A stretch of DNA of 64,000 nucleotides from Minisyncoccota bacterium (GTDB taxonomy: Bacteria > Patescibacteriota > Minisyncoccia > Phycocordibacterales > UBA9973), in the NCBI GenBank assembly GCA_031413715.1, contig JANOFO010000007.1, forward strand, positions 26,338 to 90,337. Direction: 5' to 3'. Shown here piece after piece: positions 1-8,695 of the stretch. The translations under genes and the position numbers were made by a program. The notes below the pieces were generated by a model. It was not told where the DNA came from, did no database searches, and saw only the letters and a program-made list of their open reading frames with translations. How positions within the stretch are numbered: position 1 is the stretch's first letter; the number at the start of each line of letters is the position of its first letter.

Positions 1-652
1 ATTCACCAACTAGCTCGAGTATTCCTACGAAGAACATAATCGGAGCAGAAATAAGGATTGCAGGCTCTTTGCGAACCTTCTTTATCACTTCCCCGAACGC
101 CTTCAGATTAACATATTTATTGAACATTTTCCATACTCCGATTGATAGAATTCCGAAGACATTGGATCCGATAACCGCAACGAGACCAAGCGCCAATGTC
201 GTATTTATATCAGCAGTACCGCTTCGTATGAACGGAATAAATGCCTTGCCATGCTCTGTCATCTCTATAATGCCAAAGCCTCCGAGTGGGAGTATTCCAA
301 ACCAGTTATTAATAAGCACGAATATAAAGATGGTAAAGGCGAGTGGAAATACTTTTGCAGTTATCTTCTTGTCGCCTGTGACTGAGTCTGCTAAATTCAT
401 AGCGCCATCAATAATAAATTCAAAGAAATTCTGAATGCCTTTTGGAATTTGCTTCATCTTAATCCTAAGTACAACAGAAAAAATGATAACTAGCGCCACT
501 ACCAGCCATGTGGTAAAAAGTGCGTTGGTAACTGGAAGCGGACCGATATGCCCGATAGGCTCGGCATAAAGTGTCGCTTCATGAGAAATTTCTTCATGAG
601 TTTCTACCGTGGCTTCTGTATTTTTATTTTCTAAATTAATTGGTTCCGTCAT
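1..652 (-). CDS. atpB: F0F1 ATP synthase subunit a (partial, 3' end runs off window)
   Basis: Manual minus-strand translation from the ATG at 652..650 gives MTEPINLENK...MKQIPKGIQNFFEFIIDG...FIPFIRSGTADINTTLALGLVAVIG...ILISAPIMFFVGILELV. It shows typical subunit-a motifs and is multi-TM. The ORF track missed it because it has no stop within the window. Confidence 0.75.
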   Translation of the reverse strand, partial: MTEPINLENKNTEATVETHEEISHEATLYAEPIGHIGPLPVTNALFTTWLVVALVIIFSVVLRIKMKQIPKGIQNFFEFIIDGAMNLADSVTGDKKITAKVFPLAFTIFIFVLINNWFGILPLGGFGIIEMTEHGKAFIPFIRSGTADINTTLALGLVAVIGSNVFGILSIGVWKMFNKYVNLKAFGEVIKKVRKEPAILISAPIMFFVGILELVGE

Positions 653-896
653 CTTTTTCTTTTAAAACCTCCTTATCATATTTCTTAGCTATTTTTACTA
701 TTGCTATCATTGAAAGAGTAAATGATAGTGCAAGCATTACTCCGAGCACCCATGGTGCAGTTCCCCATCTCTTATCCAAATAATTTCCGACTAGTACACT
801 TACCAGTACTGGGAAGATAATCCATGCGGAGATCCTTGTAAAAACCCGCAAATATTCGCTTTTATACCACGATTCTTTTTTATTGTTATTTTCCAT
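636..896 (-). CDS. AtpZ/AtpI-like small membrane protein upstream of atpB
   Basis: 86 aa with two TM segments, immediately upstream of atpB and overlapping its start. This is the classic atpI position. Confidence 0.55.
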   Translation of the reverse strand: MENNNKKESWYKSEYLRVFTRISAWIIFPVLVSVLVGNYLDKRWGTAPWVLGVMLALSFTLSMIAIVKIAKKYDKEVLKEKDDGTN

Positions 897-1018
897 ATAA
901 AAAATGCTTTATGGGAAGGTAATCTCGCCCACGGCACGTGATTGGTGGTTTGTAAACAAACAGCACCAATCCTTCGATTCCTTCTCGCAAAGAGAGCAGT
1001 CTCTTTGCTCATACGAAC

Positions 1019-1043
1019 ATAGAAAATTCTTTCAATTTTCTAT
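1019..1043 (-). terminator. hairpin downstream of tRNA-Ile (ATAGAAAATT-gaaag-AATTTTCTAT); a second 9-bp hairpin lies at 987..1008
   Basis: Perfect 10-bp inverted repeat seen directly. There is no strong U-tract, so this is a structure or processing signal rather than a textbook terminator. Confidence 0.4.
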
Positions 1044-1045
1044 TG

Positions 1046-1117
1046 TGCGTGTGGAAGGAATCGAACCTTCGACCTCTGTCTTATCAGGACAGCGTTCTAC
1101 CACTGAACTACACACGC
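1046..1117 (-). tRNA. tRNA-Ile (anticodon GAU)
   Basis: Reverse complement GCGUGUGUAGUUCAGUGGUAGAACGCUGUCCUGAUAAGACAGAGGUCGAAGGUUCGAUUCCUUCCACACGCA folds as a cloverleaf. Anticodon loop CUGAUAA, T-loop GGUUCGAUUCC, no encoded CCA. Confidence 0.85.
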
Positions 1118-1183
1118 ATAATCAAAAATACACGCCAAAAGCGTCACCACCAATATATCAACAAAATGCTTGTTTTGCAAACA

Positions 1184-1213
1184 AAAATACTCTCAAATTT
1201 GAGAGTATTTTTA
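1184..1213. terminator. bidirectional intrinsic terminator (AAAAATACTCTCAAA/TTTGAGAGTATTTTT)
   Basis: Perfect 15-nt inverted repeat flanked by A/T runs, immediately downstream of the RRM-protein gene on the minus strand. Confidence 0.7.
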
Positions 1214-1238
1214 TGATAGAGATTTTAGATAATTTTAA

Positions 1239-1529
1239 TTATCTGTTTCCGCGGAATCCGCCACCACCTTGTGGGCGCTCTTCCATTGGACGAGCTTCGT
1301 TGACGGTGAGGTTACGACCTTCGTAATCCTTGCCATCAAACATTGAGATAGCTGTCGCAGCATCGGCATCGTTTTCCATTTCTACGAAACCAAAGCCTTT
1401 TGAACGGCCGGTCATCTTATCCATGATAATAGTTGCTGATGCAACAGGACCTGCTTGCTCAAAGTGTGCCTTGAGCTCGTCGTTAGTAGTCTTGTAAGGA
1501 AGACCACCGACGTATAACTTTTTTGCCAT
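1239..1529 (-). CDS. RNA-binding protein with a single RRM domain
   Basis: KLYVGGLPY (RNP-2) and KGFGFVEM (RNP-1) motifs with a Gly/Arg-rich tail. Start chosen at MAKKLYVGG (1529) rather than the track start at 1550. Confidence 0.8.
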   Translation of the reverse strand: MAKKLYVGGLPYKTTNDELKAHFEQAGPVASATIIMDKMTGRSKGFGFVEMENDADAATAISMFDGKDYEGRNLTVNEARPMEERPQGGGGFRGNR

Positions 1530-1736
1530 ATATGACAATGTGCTTCTCATAGTAATACTTGCATATCTACTACTCGAAGAAAACTAATTTATAAATGTAA
1601 TCGCATGACTGCCTGATTTCATTTACATGCCTCAATGTTTAAAACAACGAAGTATGAAACAATAACCAAAACGTGTGCTAACTACGTAGAGGAAATGATA
1701 CCATGAAATAGTAGCAAGTAGCAAGTGGTGCGTATT

Positions 1737-2711
1737 CTATTCCTCCGCTGCATCTTCCGACGCATCTGAATCAGATGTTTCGGACGAACCTATCACTCCA
1801 GCTTGCATAGCGTCTATTATTTTATTTAAATTCCCACTCATTATACCCGGTATGTTGGACCATGATTGCTTGATCCGGTGATCGGTGACGCGGTCTTGAG
1901 GGAAATTATATGTACGGATTTTCTCACTACGGTCAGCTGTACCTATTTGGGCCTTTCTGTCACCTGAATATTTTTTAGCCTCTTCTTCATCTTGCATCAT
2001 TTGTAATTTTGCTATCAAGATGCTCATGGCTTTCTCGCGGTTACCGAGCTGGTTGCGCTCGCTTGTTGATCGTACGTCGATACCAGTTGGTTTATGAATG
2101 AGTCGAACCGCAGTTTCAACTTTGTTTACGTTCTGGCCACCAGCACCACCACTTCGAGAATATTCCATATCAAGATCTGCAGGATTGATAACAATCTTGC
2201 TCTTCTTTCGTATTGGCAGTATGGCTACCGATGCGGTTGATGTATGAATGCGTCCATTTTTTTCAGTGGCAGGTATGCGCTGGACTCGATGAACACCGGT
2301 TTCATAGCGTAGAAGTTTGTACACATCTTTTCCTTTGATCTCAAGTGTGTATTCATCAAGATGCTTTGCATTCCATCCTCGATTGTCTGCAAATCGCTCA
2401 TACATGGCTACAAGCTCAAGAGCAAAAAGTGACGCTTCATCGCCACCTGCTCCAGCCCGAGCTTCGAGGACAATCTCATTTGGAAATTCTTCCTCCTCTG
2501 TATCTGCTTTCATAATCTCTTCAAGTTGACGCTCGATAGCTTCTTTTTGGAAATTAATATTCTGTAGCTCTTCATCTGCAAGATCACGCAATGAGACATC
2601 TTGCGCTATCATGTCATTTACTTTCTTTTCCTCGGAAAGTAAACGCTCATATTCGCCTGCGAAATAGCTTGTCTTGTGGTCTTTCTTTAATTCTTCTAAA
2701 TCAAAATTCAT
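1737..2711 (-). CDS. prfA: peptide chain release factor 1
   Basis: GGQ motif ([11 protein letters not shown]), PAT tripeptide ([14 protein letters not shown]) and the RF-1 domain order. 324 aa is somewhat short. Confidence 0.85.
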   Translation of the reverse strand: MNFDLEELKKDHKTSYFAGEYERLLSEEKKVNDMIAQDVSLRDLADEELQNINFQKEAIERQLEEIMKADTEEEEFPNEIVLEARAGAGGDEASLFALELVAMYERFADNRGWNAKHLDEYTLEIKGKDVYKLLRYETGVHRVQRIPATEKNGRIHTSTASVAILPIRKKSKIVINPADLDMEYSRSGGAGGQNVNKVETAVRLIHKPTGIDVRSTSERNQLGNREKAMSILIAKLQMMQDEEEAKKYSGDRKAQIGTADRSEKIRTYNFPQDRVTDHRIKQSWSNIPGIMSGNLNKIIDAMQAGVIGSSETSDSDASEDAAEE

Positions 2712-2855
2712 TTGGGTATTATAACAAAATTTCTAAAATAGTCCTTGAGCAGGAACTTGCGGAGGCGCGACTGGCCCTGAGCAGAGCAGCAAATCGAGCA
2801 CGATTTGACGCGTGTCCTGTGAGAGGAGCTATTTTAGAAATTTTGTGAGAAGAAA

Positions 2856-3068
2856 TTATTTCTTTTTTGCAACTGCTGCTCGTTTCTTGAAACGATCTAC
2901 ACGGCCAGCTGTGTCGATAACTTTTTCATTGCCTGTATAGAATGGATGGCATTGACTACAGATTTCCACATTGATTTCGTCCATTGTTGAACCTACGGCA
3001 AATGTCGCTCCGCATGCGCAGATAACTTTAGAGGTGTTGTTGTATTTAGGGTGTATATCTTTTTTCAT
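2856..3068 (-). CDS. rpmE: 50S ribosomal protein L31
   Basis: MKKDIHPKY...[10 protein letters not shown]...GRVDRFKKR matches the L31 signature, including the Cys pairs. Confidence 0.9.
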   Translation of the reverse strand: MKKDIHPKYNNTSKVICACGATFAVGSTMDEINVEICSQCHPFYTGNEKVIDTAGRVDRFKKRAAVAKKK

Positions 3069-3093
3069 ATTGCGCTATAGTAGCACGAAATTA

Positions 3094-4464
3094 TTAGTCT
3101 TGCAACGGGTCAATCATTTTTGTCTGAATATTAGCCATTTTTGCCATAACCTGCTTGCCATATGAACAGCTAGAACCTCCAGAACCATAATACTTACAAG
3201 CTGCTTTGATTTGAGCAGTGTAGCTATCGCCTACACCACCGAGTTCTGCCAAGAATAGCGATGAGGCCATAAAGGCATCACGAGGGTTCCACGGATCCGG
3301 CGTATTGATACCGAGAGCACTTGCTACCCGCTTTGCCATTCCTTTCCAAGTGGATGGTATAAACTGAGCTGGCCCCATGGCACCTCCCCAGCTTGAAGCT
3401 CCAGCTGAAGCGATGGGGCATGACACAAGAGTTTTAGCACTATCGCGTCCGAGAGCAAGAGTAATATCATTAAATGGACCTACATCACGCGTAGGCTTCA
3501 TGACGTTTGGATATGTTTTACCGGTTTTCGAATTTACTCCAGAGCCAGTTGTTGGATTGGTGAGGTAGCATGAGCCTTGGTTGGCGCCAAGATTGCTTTC
3601 TTGAGTAAAAATGGCAAGGACAAGCGCAGGAGATACGCCACTGACCTTGGAAGCAGTTGTAGCGTATTCGAGAGCTTTACCAAATGGAATAGCTGCAGCA
3701 TCTCGTACATTAAAAAGCATGGCAAGTATTTCTGATCTCCGCTTGGCCTTGTCGGCAAGCACTTGCTGGTAAGTCTTTACTTTACTATTACTCACTTTTA
3801 AGAGCTCCTGCTTCTCTGCTTCGTTCGTCTCCACTTGCTTTTTAGCAGTTTCAAGCTTTACTTTTGTGTCGGTTTCTTGATTCTTCTTTTGTTCAAGTGT
3901 CTTCTTCTCGGACTCTGTTTGTGATTTTATTCCTCTGATCTCGTCTACTGATTCTTTAATGCCTTCTTTTAGTGAAGCAAACGCTTCTACGTCGCCATAA
4001 GCTTCTGAAATGGTATCCTTTGAAAGGATAAATGCAAGGAGAGATCTGTCGTCAATTTCTCTGTCCTTTCGTATTAGCTGTGCAAGCGACTCCTTTTCAG
4101 TTTCTATTTTTGTGACAAGTGTCGTGATCTTTTTGTTCTTTTCAGTGATTTCTCCGCCCAGTTTTTTAATAACCAGCCCTTTGGCTTGAATATCGAGTTT
4201 TGATTTTTTAATCTGAGTCGTAAGTACGGCTATATCGCGCGAAAGAGAGGTCGACTGACCTTTCTGGGCATCAAGCTCTTTCTGTTTCTGAGCAATCTCT
4301 TGTTCTAATCCGGAAAGCTCTGCTTCTAAGCGAGCTCTATCGGCTTGAGCGTTTTGTAGCGCCTGATCGGCAGCCAATACGTTTCTTGGGATAGTGCTAA
4401 TGCTGCTAAAAATTAATATTATGATTAAGATACAAGAAAAAAAATATTGAATACGGTGATTCAT
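3094..4464 (-). CDS. secreted coiled-coil protein with C-terminal lytic transglycosylase (SLT-like) domain
   Basis: N-terminal signal/TM, then ~270 aa of heptad-rich coiled coil. The C-terminal domain has AIFTQESNLGA (catalytic Glu-Ser) and GAMGPAQFIPSTW motifs typical of the SLT/lysozyme-like family. Confidence 0.6.
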   Translation of the reverse strand: MNHRIQYFFSCILIIILIFSSISTIPRNVLAADQALQNAQADRARLEAELSGLEQEIAQKQKELDAQKGQSTSLSRDIAVLTTQIKKSKLDIQAKGLVIKKLGGEITEKNKKITTLVTKIETEKESLAQLIRKDREIDDRSLLAFILSKDTISEAYGDVEAFASLKEGIKESVDEIRGIKSQTESEKKTLEQKKNQETDTKVKLETAKKQVETNEAEKQELLKVSNSKVKTYQQVLADKAKRRSEILAMLFNVRDAAAIPFGKALEYATTASKVSGVSPALVLAIFTQESNLGANQGSCYLTNPTTGSGVNSKTGKTYPNVMKPTRDVGPFNDITLALGRDSAKTLVSCPIASAGASSWGGAMGPAQFIPSTWKGMAKRVASALGINTPDPWNPRDAFMASSLFLAELGGVGDSYTAQIKAACKYYGSGGSSCSYGKQVMAKMANIQTKMIDPLQD

Positions 4465-4480
4465 ACCTTCTATTATATCA

Positions 4481-4520
4481 TATACTAAAATCCCTATATA
4501 AATATAGGGATTTTAGTATA
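4481..4520. repeat. 40-bp perfect palindrome (TATACTAAAATCCCTATAT-aa-ATATAGGGATTTTAGTATA)
   Basis: Read directly. It lies between the rplY stop and the start of the SLT gene. A TATAAT sits 7 nt upstream of the SLT ATG, immediately after the palindrome on the minus strand. Confidence 0.9.
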
Positions 4521-4538
4521 TAGTGTAATGATAATTTT

Positions 4539-5192
4539 TTATTCAGGTTTAGCGTCAGAATCTCCTTCAGTACCCTCTTCATCTTTCTTGCCTCTCTTCT
4601 CTACCTCAATTGCTGAGAGATCTATAGGTGCTTCCTCTACTGGCTCTTCTTTGATGACAGAAACAAGAGCGACAACTTCATCAACACCTGTCTTCATGGT
4701 TACGCCTTTTGGAAGTACCAAATCTCGAACATGTATCTGATTTTCTAGAGTCTCAAGTGGTGACACATCGACACTTATAGCATGAGGCAAATCCTTTGGA
4801 AGAGCCTCTATTTCCACTTCGTGGAGAACTTTAACAAGGACGCCTAAGCCATTTTTCTCTGCAGGAGCAATACCTGTAAATTCAAGTGGAACCTTGACCA
4901 CTACTGGTTTGTTCATATCAATTGCCAAGAAATCTATATGCACCGGAAATCCTTTGATCGGATCTACTTGAACTTCGTGGATAAGAACATCGATTTTCTT
5001 TCCGTCGACTTCGACAATTATCGTACTTGACTCACCTGCTTCCTTGAACACTTTATTGAATGCGACACTCGGTACGGAAATAGACATATTTTCCACGCGA
5101 GCGCCATAGACGACTGCCGGCACCATACCGTTACTTCGTAGGGTTGCGAGCTTGTCAGCCTTACTTCGCTTTGTTGCGGTTAATGTTTGCAT
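4539..5192 (-). CDS. rplY: 50S ribosomal protein L25 / general stress protein Ctc
   Basis: MQTLTATKR...LRSNGMVPAVVYG...IHEVQVDPIKG...HIDF is the L25/Ctc family. Acidic C-terminal tail. Start taken at MQTL. Confidence 0.85.
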   Translation of the reverse strand: MQTLTATKRSKADKLATLRSNGMVPAVVYGARVENMSISVPSVAFNKVFKEAGESSTIIVEVDGKKIDVLIHEVQVDPIKGFPVHIDFLAIDMNKPVVVKVPLEFTGIAPAEKNGLGVLVKVLHEVEIEALPKDLPHAISVDVSPLETLENQIHVRDLVLPKGVTMKTGVDEVVALVSVIKEEPVEEAPIDLSAIEVEKRGKKDEEGTEGDSDAKPE

Positions 5193-5253
5193 AGGCGTGA
5201 TGATAGCATAAAAAAAAGATAAGAGCAAATAAAATCCCTACGTTCTCACTATC

Positions 5254-5748
5254 TTATCTATTTTTTATTTTGAGGATGTAGGCAGGCACGATTTCCCCAC
5301 TTATATACCTATCTCGAATTTTCTTTGGTAGCGAAGAAAATTTCTTAATTATTTTTCTGCAATTTTTGCTTCCGCAATTGCATTTCATGATCCACATATC
5401 ATCATTGGCAAGTACTGTCGAATAGTCGAATGAAACCTCTCTGCTTTTTAGAATATTTTTAATTGCAATTATTAGGAGCTTATTATTTCTTTTAATTATT
5501 TTAGTGTTTGGATTACATGAATGATTTATATAGTCTCCGATCTTGCCTTTCGGACTTAGGAATTTATCATTATTGAATCTAATAGTATTTGATCTTGTTT
5601 TTTCATCCACTTCCTCATCTTCCTCGCAAGTAATAAGCTTGCCAGTAAATCTAAAAAGAATGTCGCCAGCTGATACGGCTTTTTTAAGGAAAATTCCTTT
5701 TCCATTTCTTGATTTCTTAACATAAAGTAATTTATTTTCTTTTTTCAT
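5254..5748 (-). CDS. SET-domain protein (putative protein-lysine methyltransferase), paralog 1
   Basis: G-x-G-[IL]F N-SET region, NHSCNPN signature, FDY motif, and post-SET CNCGSKNCRKII cysteine cluster. 164 aa. Confidence 0.75.
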   Translation of the reverse strand: MKKENKLLYVKKSRNGKGIFLKKAVSAGDILFRFTGKLITCEEDEEVDEKTRSNTIRFNNDKFLSPKGKIGDYINHSCNPNTKIIKRNNKLLIIAIKNILKSREVSFDYSTVLANDDMWIMKCNCGSKNCRKIIKKFSSLPKKIRDRYISGEIVPAYILKIKNR

Positions 5749-5763
5749 AATTTAAATGCTATT

Positions 5764-7290
5764 TTATTCTAGCTCAGTTGTCGCAGGAGGCTTCGGTGTT
5801 TCGTCAAAGAAAACACGATTAAAACCATGCTTCGTAACTTCTGTGATTATTGCCTTGCGCAGATCACTAGGAATTTCCAAACCTTTCACAGTCATGAAAT
5901 CGGTAGAAGAAACAGTGCGGACAACTATAGGGTAATTGTATGATCTGGAATCCCCTTGCACGCCAACAGTCTTTGATCCAAGTAAAGCAACAACTATTTG
6001 TGATATCTCCTTGTAAAAATGACTTGTCTTTAAAATACCTGTAACAAGGTGATCGGCAAGTCTGACTTTCTCTATAAGTTCTTCTGTAACAGGCGTACCT
6101 ACTATACGTACGAAAAGTCCTGGTCCAGGGAAAGGCTTCCTCTCGCTGATTGCACTTTCTAGTTTGATTGTGCGAGCTATTTCTCTGACTTCATGTTTGA
6201 ATAAATGAGCAAATGGAGTAATTTCTTTAATTCCAAAATCCAAGCCTACATTGTGATGAGATTTTATCTTGCTTGCTCCTCCAAGATGTCCTGACTCTAT
6301 TAAATCTGTAGCAAGTGTTCCTTGCAGTATATGGGTAATTTTATTCTCTTCAATTATTTTTTTAAAAATTCTCTGATATATTTCTTTAAATAATCTTCTT
6401 TTCTCTTCAGCATCAATCTCATCTTTAAGGTTTTCAAAAAACTCATTCTTGGCATTAACGACATGCAAATCTATCTTGGCTCTCTTGCATGTCTCCTGTA
6501 CCTCTTCAACTTCTTTCCACCGCATAGCGCCTGTATCAATAAGAAAGGCAAATAAATGCTTCCCCATGGAAGGAGCAAGTAGCCCTGCAAGTGTTGTAGA
6601 ATCTACTCCACCTGAGACTCCAATAGCTGCTTTACCATTTCCTACTTCATCTAAAACTTTCTTTTGTATTCCTAGAATTATATCACTGGCTTCCCAATCT
6701 TTCTCACAACTACAGATATCTTTTGCAAAATTTTTAAGTATCAGGTTATTATCTTGTGTTTCGGTAACTTCTGGATGAAATTGAACAGCATATAATTTCT
6801 TCTGAGCATTTTCCATTGCCTCTATTACATTCTCAGACTTTGCGGTAACGGTAAACCCTAGAGGTGCGCTTTTTACAATATCACCATGACTTGCCCAAAC
6901 CCTAAGCTTATCTCCCAGTCCTTTGAAAAGTTCACTCTGCGAAAGAGTAATCTCGATTGGACCGTACTCTTTATTGCTATTCTCTACTCCAGTAACCAAA
7001 GATTTATCAGAGTGATATGCCAGATACTGCATTCCGAAACATATACCGAGTATTGGAATATTTAATGCAAAAATTTCGTCAGGAATAACAGGCGCATCAG
7101 TATCATAAACACTTGCTGCGCCACCTGAGAGGATTATTCCTTTTGGTTTGGAATGTTTTAAAAATTGAGATACATTGTCAGGTTTTAAAATTACTGACTT
7201 AAATCCTAAAGTTAAAAGTTCTCGTGCGATTACGCTCGTATATTGTGAGCCAAGATCAACAATTATTAACTGAGTAGGATTATTTTCCAT
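5764..7290 (-). CDS. guaA: GMP synthase (glutamine-hydrolysing)
   Basis: N-terminal class-I GATase (GICFGMQ) and ATP-PPase P-loop SGGVDSTT, plus the C-terminal dimerisation domain. Confidence 0.9.
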   Translation of the reverse strand: MENNPTQLIIVDLGSQYTSVIARELLTLGFKSVILKPDNVSQFLKHSKPKGIILSGGAASVYDTDAPVIPDEIFALNIPILGICFGMQYLAYHSDKSLVTGVENSNKEYGPIEITLSQSELFKGLGDKLRVWASHGDIVKSAPLGFTVTAKSENVIEAMENAQKKLYAVQFHPEVTETQDNNLILKNFAKDICSCEKDWEASDIILGIQKKVLDEVGNGKAAIGVSGGVDSTTLAGLLAPSMGKHLFAFLIDTGAMRWKEVEEVQETCKRAKIDLHVVNAKNEFFENLKDEIDAEEKRRLFKEIYQRIFKKIIEENKITHILQGTLATDLIESGHLGGASKIKSHHNVGLDFGIKEITPFAHLFKHEVREIARTIKLESAISERKPFPGPGLFVRIVGTPVTEELIEKVRLADHLVTGILKTSHFYKEISQIVVALLGSKTVGVQGDSRSYNYPIVVRTVSSTDFMTVKGLEIPSDLRKAIITEVTKHGFNRVFFDETPKPPATTELE

Positions 7291-7291
7291 T

Positions 7292-8695
7292 TTACAAAAG
7301 TTTTATTTTCTCTATCATTTCACTACGGGCGGGGCCGGTAGAAATAAAGGCAATTTGTACACCTAATTCTTTCTCGATGAATTCTAGGTATTCTTTAGCC
7401 TCAATTGGTAGTTCATTATACGATGTGCATCCCTTTGTGCTCTTTTTCCAACCTGGAATTTTCTTGTAGACAGGTTTGGATTCATGGAGCTTATCCATAT
7501 CTACATTTTCAAAATTCTCATATTTTATACAAACAGGTATTTCGTCGAGCGTATCTAGGATATCGAGCTTTGTGATTCCTAACATAGTGACACCGTTTAG
7601 CGCTATAGCATATTTTACAAGTGGTAGATCAAGCCATCCACATCTGCGTAACCGTCCAGTTGTTGCTCCATATTCTTTGCCCAGTGTCCGAAGTGCAATT
7701 TCTTGATGGAGTGGATCTGGATCATTAACATCATATAAAAAAGCTTCTTCATCTGCCCTCTTGTGAGATCCTGACCATTTGTATGCTTCCACACCGCCGA
7801 TCTCGGTTGGAAATGGTCCACTTCCTACTCTTGTGCTATATGCTTTGCATATTCCTATAACTTCCCCTATTGATTGTGGAGATATGCCCAAGCCCACACA
7901 TGCGCCGGCGGATGTTGTATGTGATGAAGTCACATCACGTCTGGAACCAAAGCGAACATCAAGAAGTGTGCCTTGTGCTCCTTCAGCTAGAACCTGTTTT
8001 CCGTTTTCAATAGAATCCTGCATAAAATTATGCGAAGAAACAATATTTAAAGTTCTTAGAAATTCAATCCCTTCGAAAAATTTCCTTTCTTCCTCCGCAA
8101 GTTCTTTCTCATCCGGAGTAAAGTTATATTTTTTAACTAATGTGTTTAAGTGAGAGATTTTAATTTCTATATATCTTTTTTTAAATAGTGTGTCATCAAC
8201 AGCTTCATAAACTGACAAGTCATCAGTTCTTCCGTAAAAATCGCTATAAGTAGGACCAATTGCCTTACCAGTCGTACCAATCTTGCCTGCACCACGAGCT
8301 TGCTCTTGAGCGTTATCAATAAACTTTGCCGTAGGTACTACAACAGTCGCTTCTTTGGCAATAAATAAGTTTTCTTTCCACCAAGGAGCTATGTCTTTTA
8401 TCTCCTCAATTTCTTTCTTCATAGAAATTACATCGACATTGACTCCAGCACCGACTAAGTTGAATGTATCTTTCTCGAGTATTCCTGAAGGTAGTGCATG
8501 GAAAACAACTTGTCTTCCGCCGAACTCTATAGAGTGACCAGCATTTGATCCTCCTTGAAAGCGAGCGACGACGAGTTTATGCATACTGCTGAGAAATAAA
8601 ACAAGAAAGTCGATGAACTTTCCCTTGCCCTCATCGCCCCATTGCAATCCAAGGATCACGAGAACTTTTTTCTTTTTGGTATCCGTAGTATTCAT
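7292..8695 (-). CDS. purA: adenylosuccinate synthetase
   Basis: QWGDEGKGK P-loop, GGSNAGH and TTGRLRRCGWLD motifs. Confidence 0.9.
   Translation of the reverse strand: MNTTDTKKKKVLVILGLQWGDEGKGKFIDFLVLFLSSMHKLVVARFQGGSNAGHSIEFGGRQVVFHALPSGILEKDTFNLVGAGVNVDVISMKKEIEEIKDIAPWWKENLFIAKEATVVVPTAKFIDNAQEQARGAGKIGTTGKAIGPTYSDFYGRTDDLSVYEAVDDTLFKKRYIEIKISHLNTLVKKYNFTPDEKELAEEERKFFEGIEFLRTLNIVSSHNFMQDSIENGKQVLAEGAQGTLLDVRFGSRRDVTSSHTTSAGACVGLGISPQSIGEVIGICKAYSTRVGSGPFPTEIGGVEAYKWSGSHKRADEEAFLYDVNDPDPLHQEIALRTLGKEYGATTGRLRRCGWLDLPLVKYAIALNGVTMLGITKLDILDTLDEIPVCIKYENFENVDMDKLHESKPVYKKIPGWKKSTKGCTSYNELPIEAKEYLEFIEKELGVQIAFISTGPARSEMIEKIKLL

Noticed and set aside
69-434. 121-aa plus-strand ORF
   Set aside because: Antisense to the clearly recognisable atpB (ATP synthase subunit a) reading frame, so it is spurious.
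904-1326. 140-aa plus-strand ORF from the six-frame track
   Set aside because: It runs straight through the tRNA-Ile gene and two terminator hairpins. The composition is low-complexity, so it is almost certainly not coding.
2591-2848. 85-aa plus-strand ORF covering the GC-rich patch
   Set aside because: It overlaps the prfA 5' end on the opposite strand, with no promoter or start context. The GC-rich patch itself is kept as a finding.
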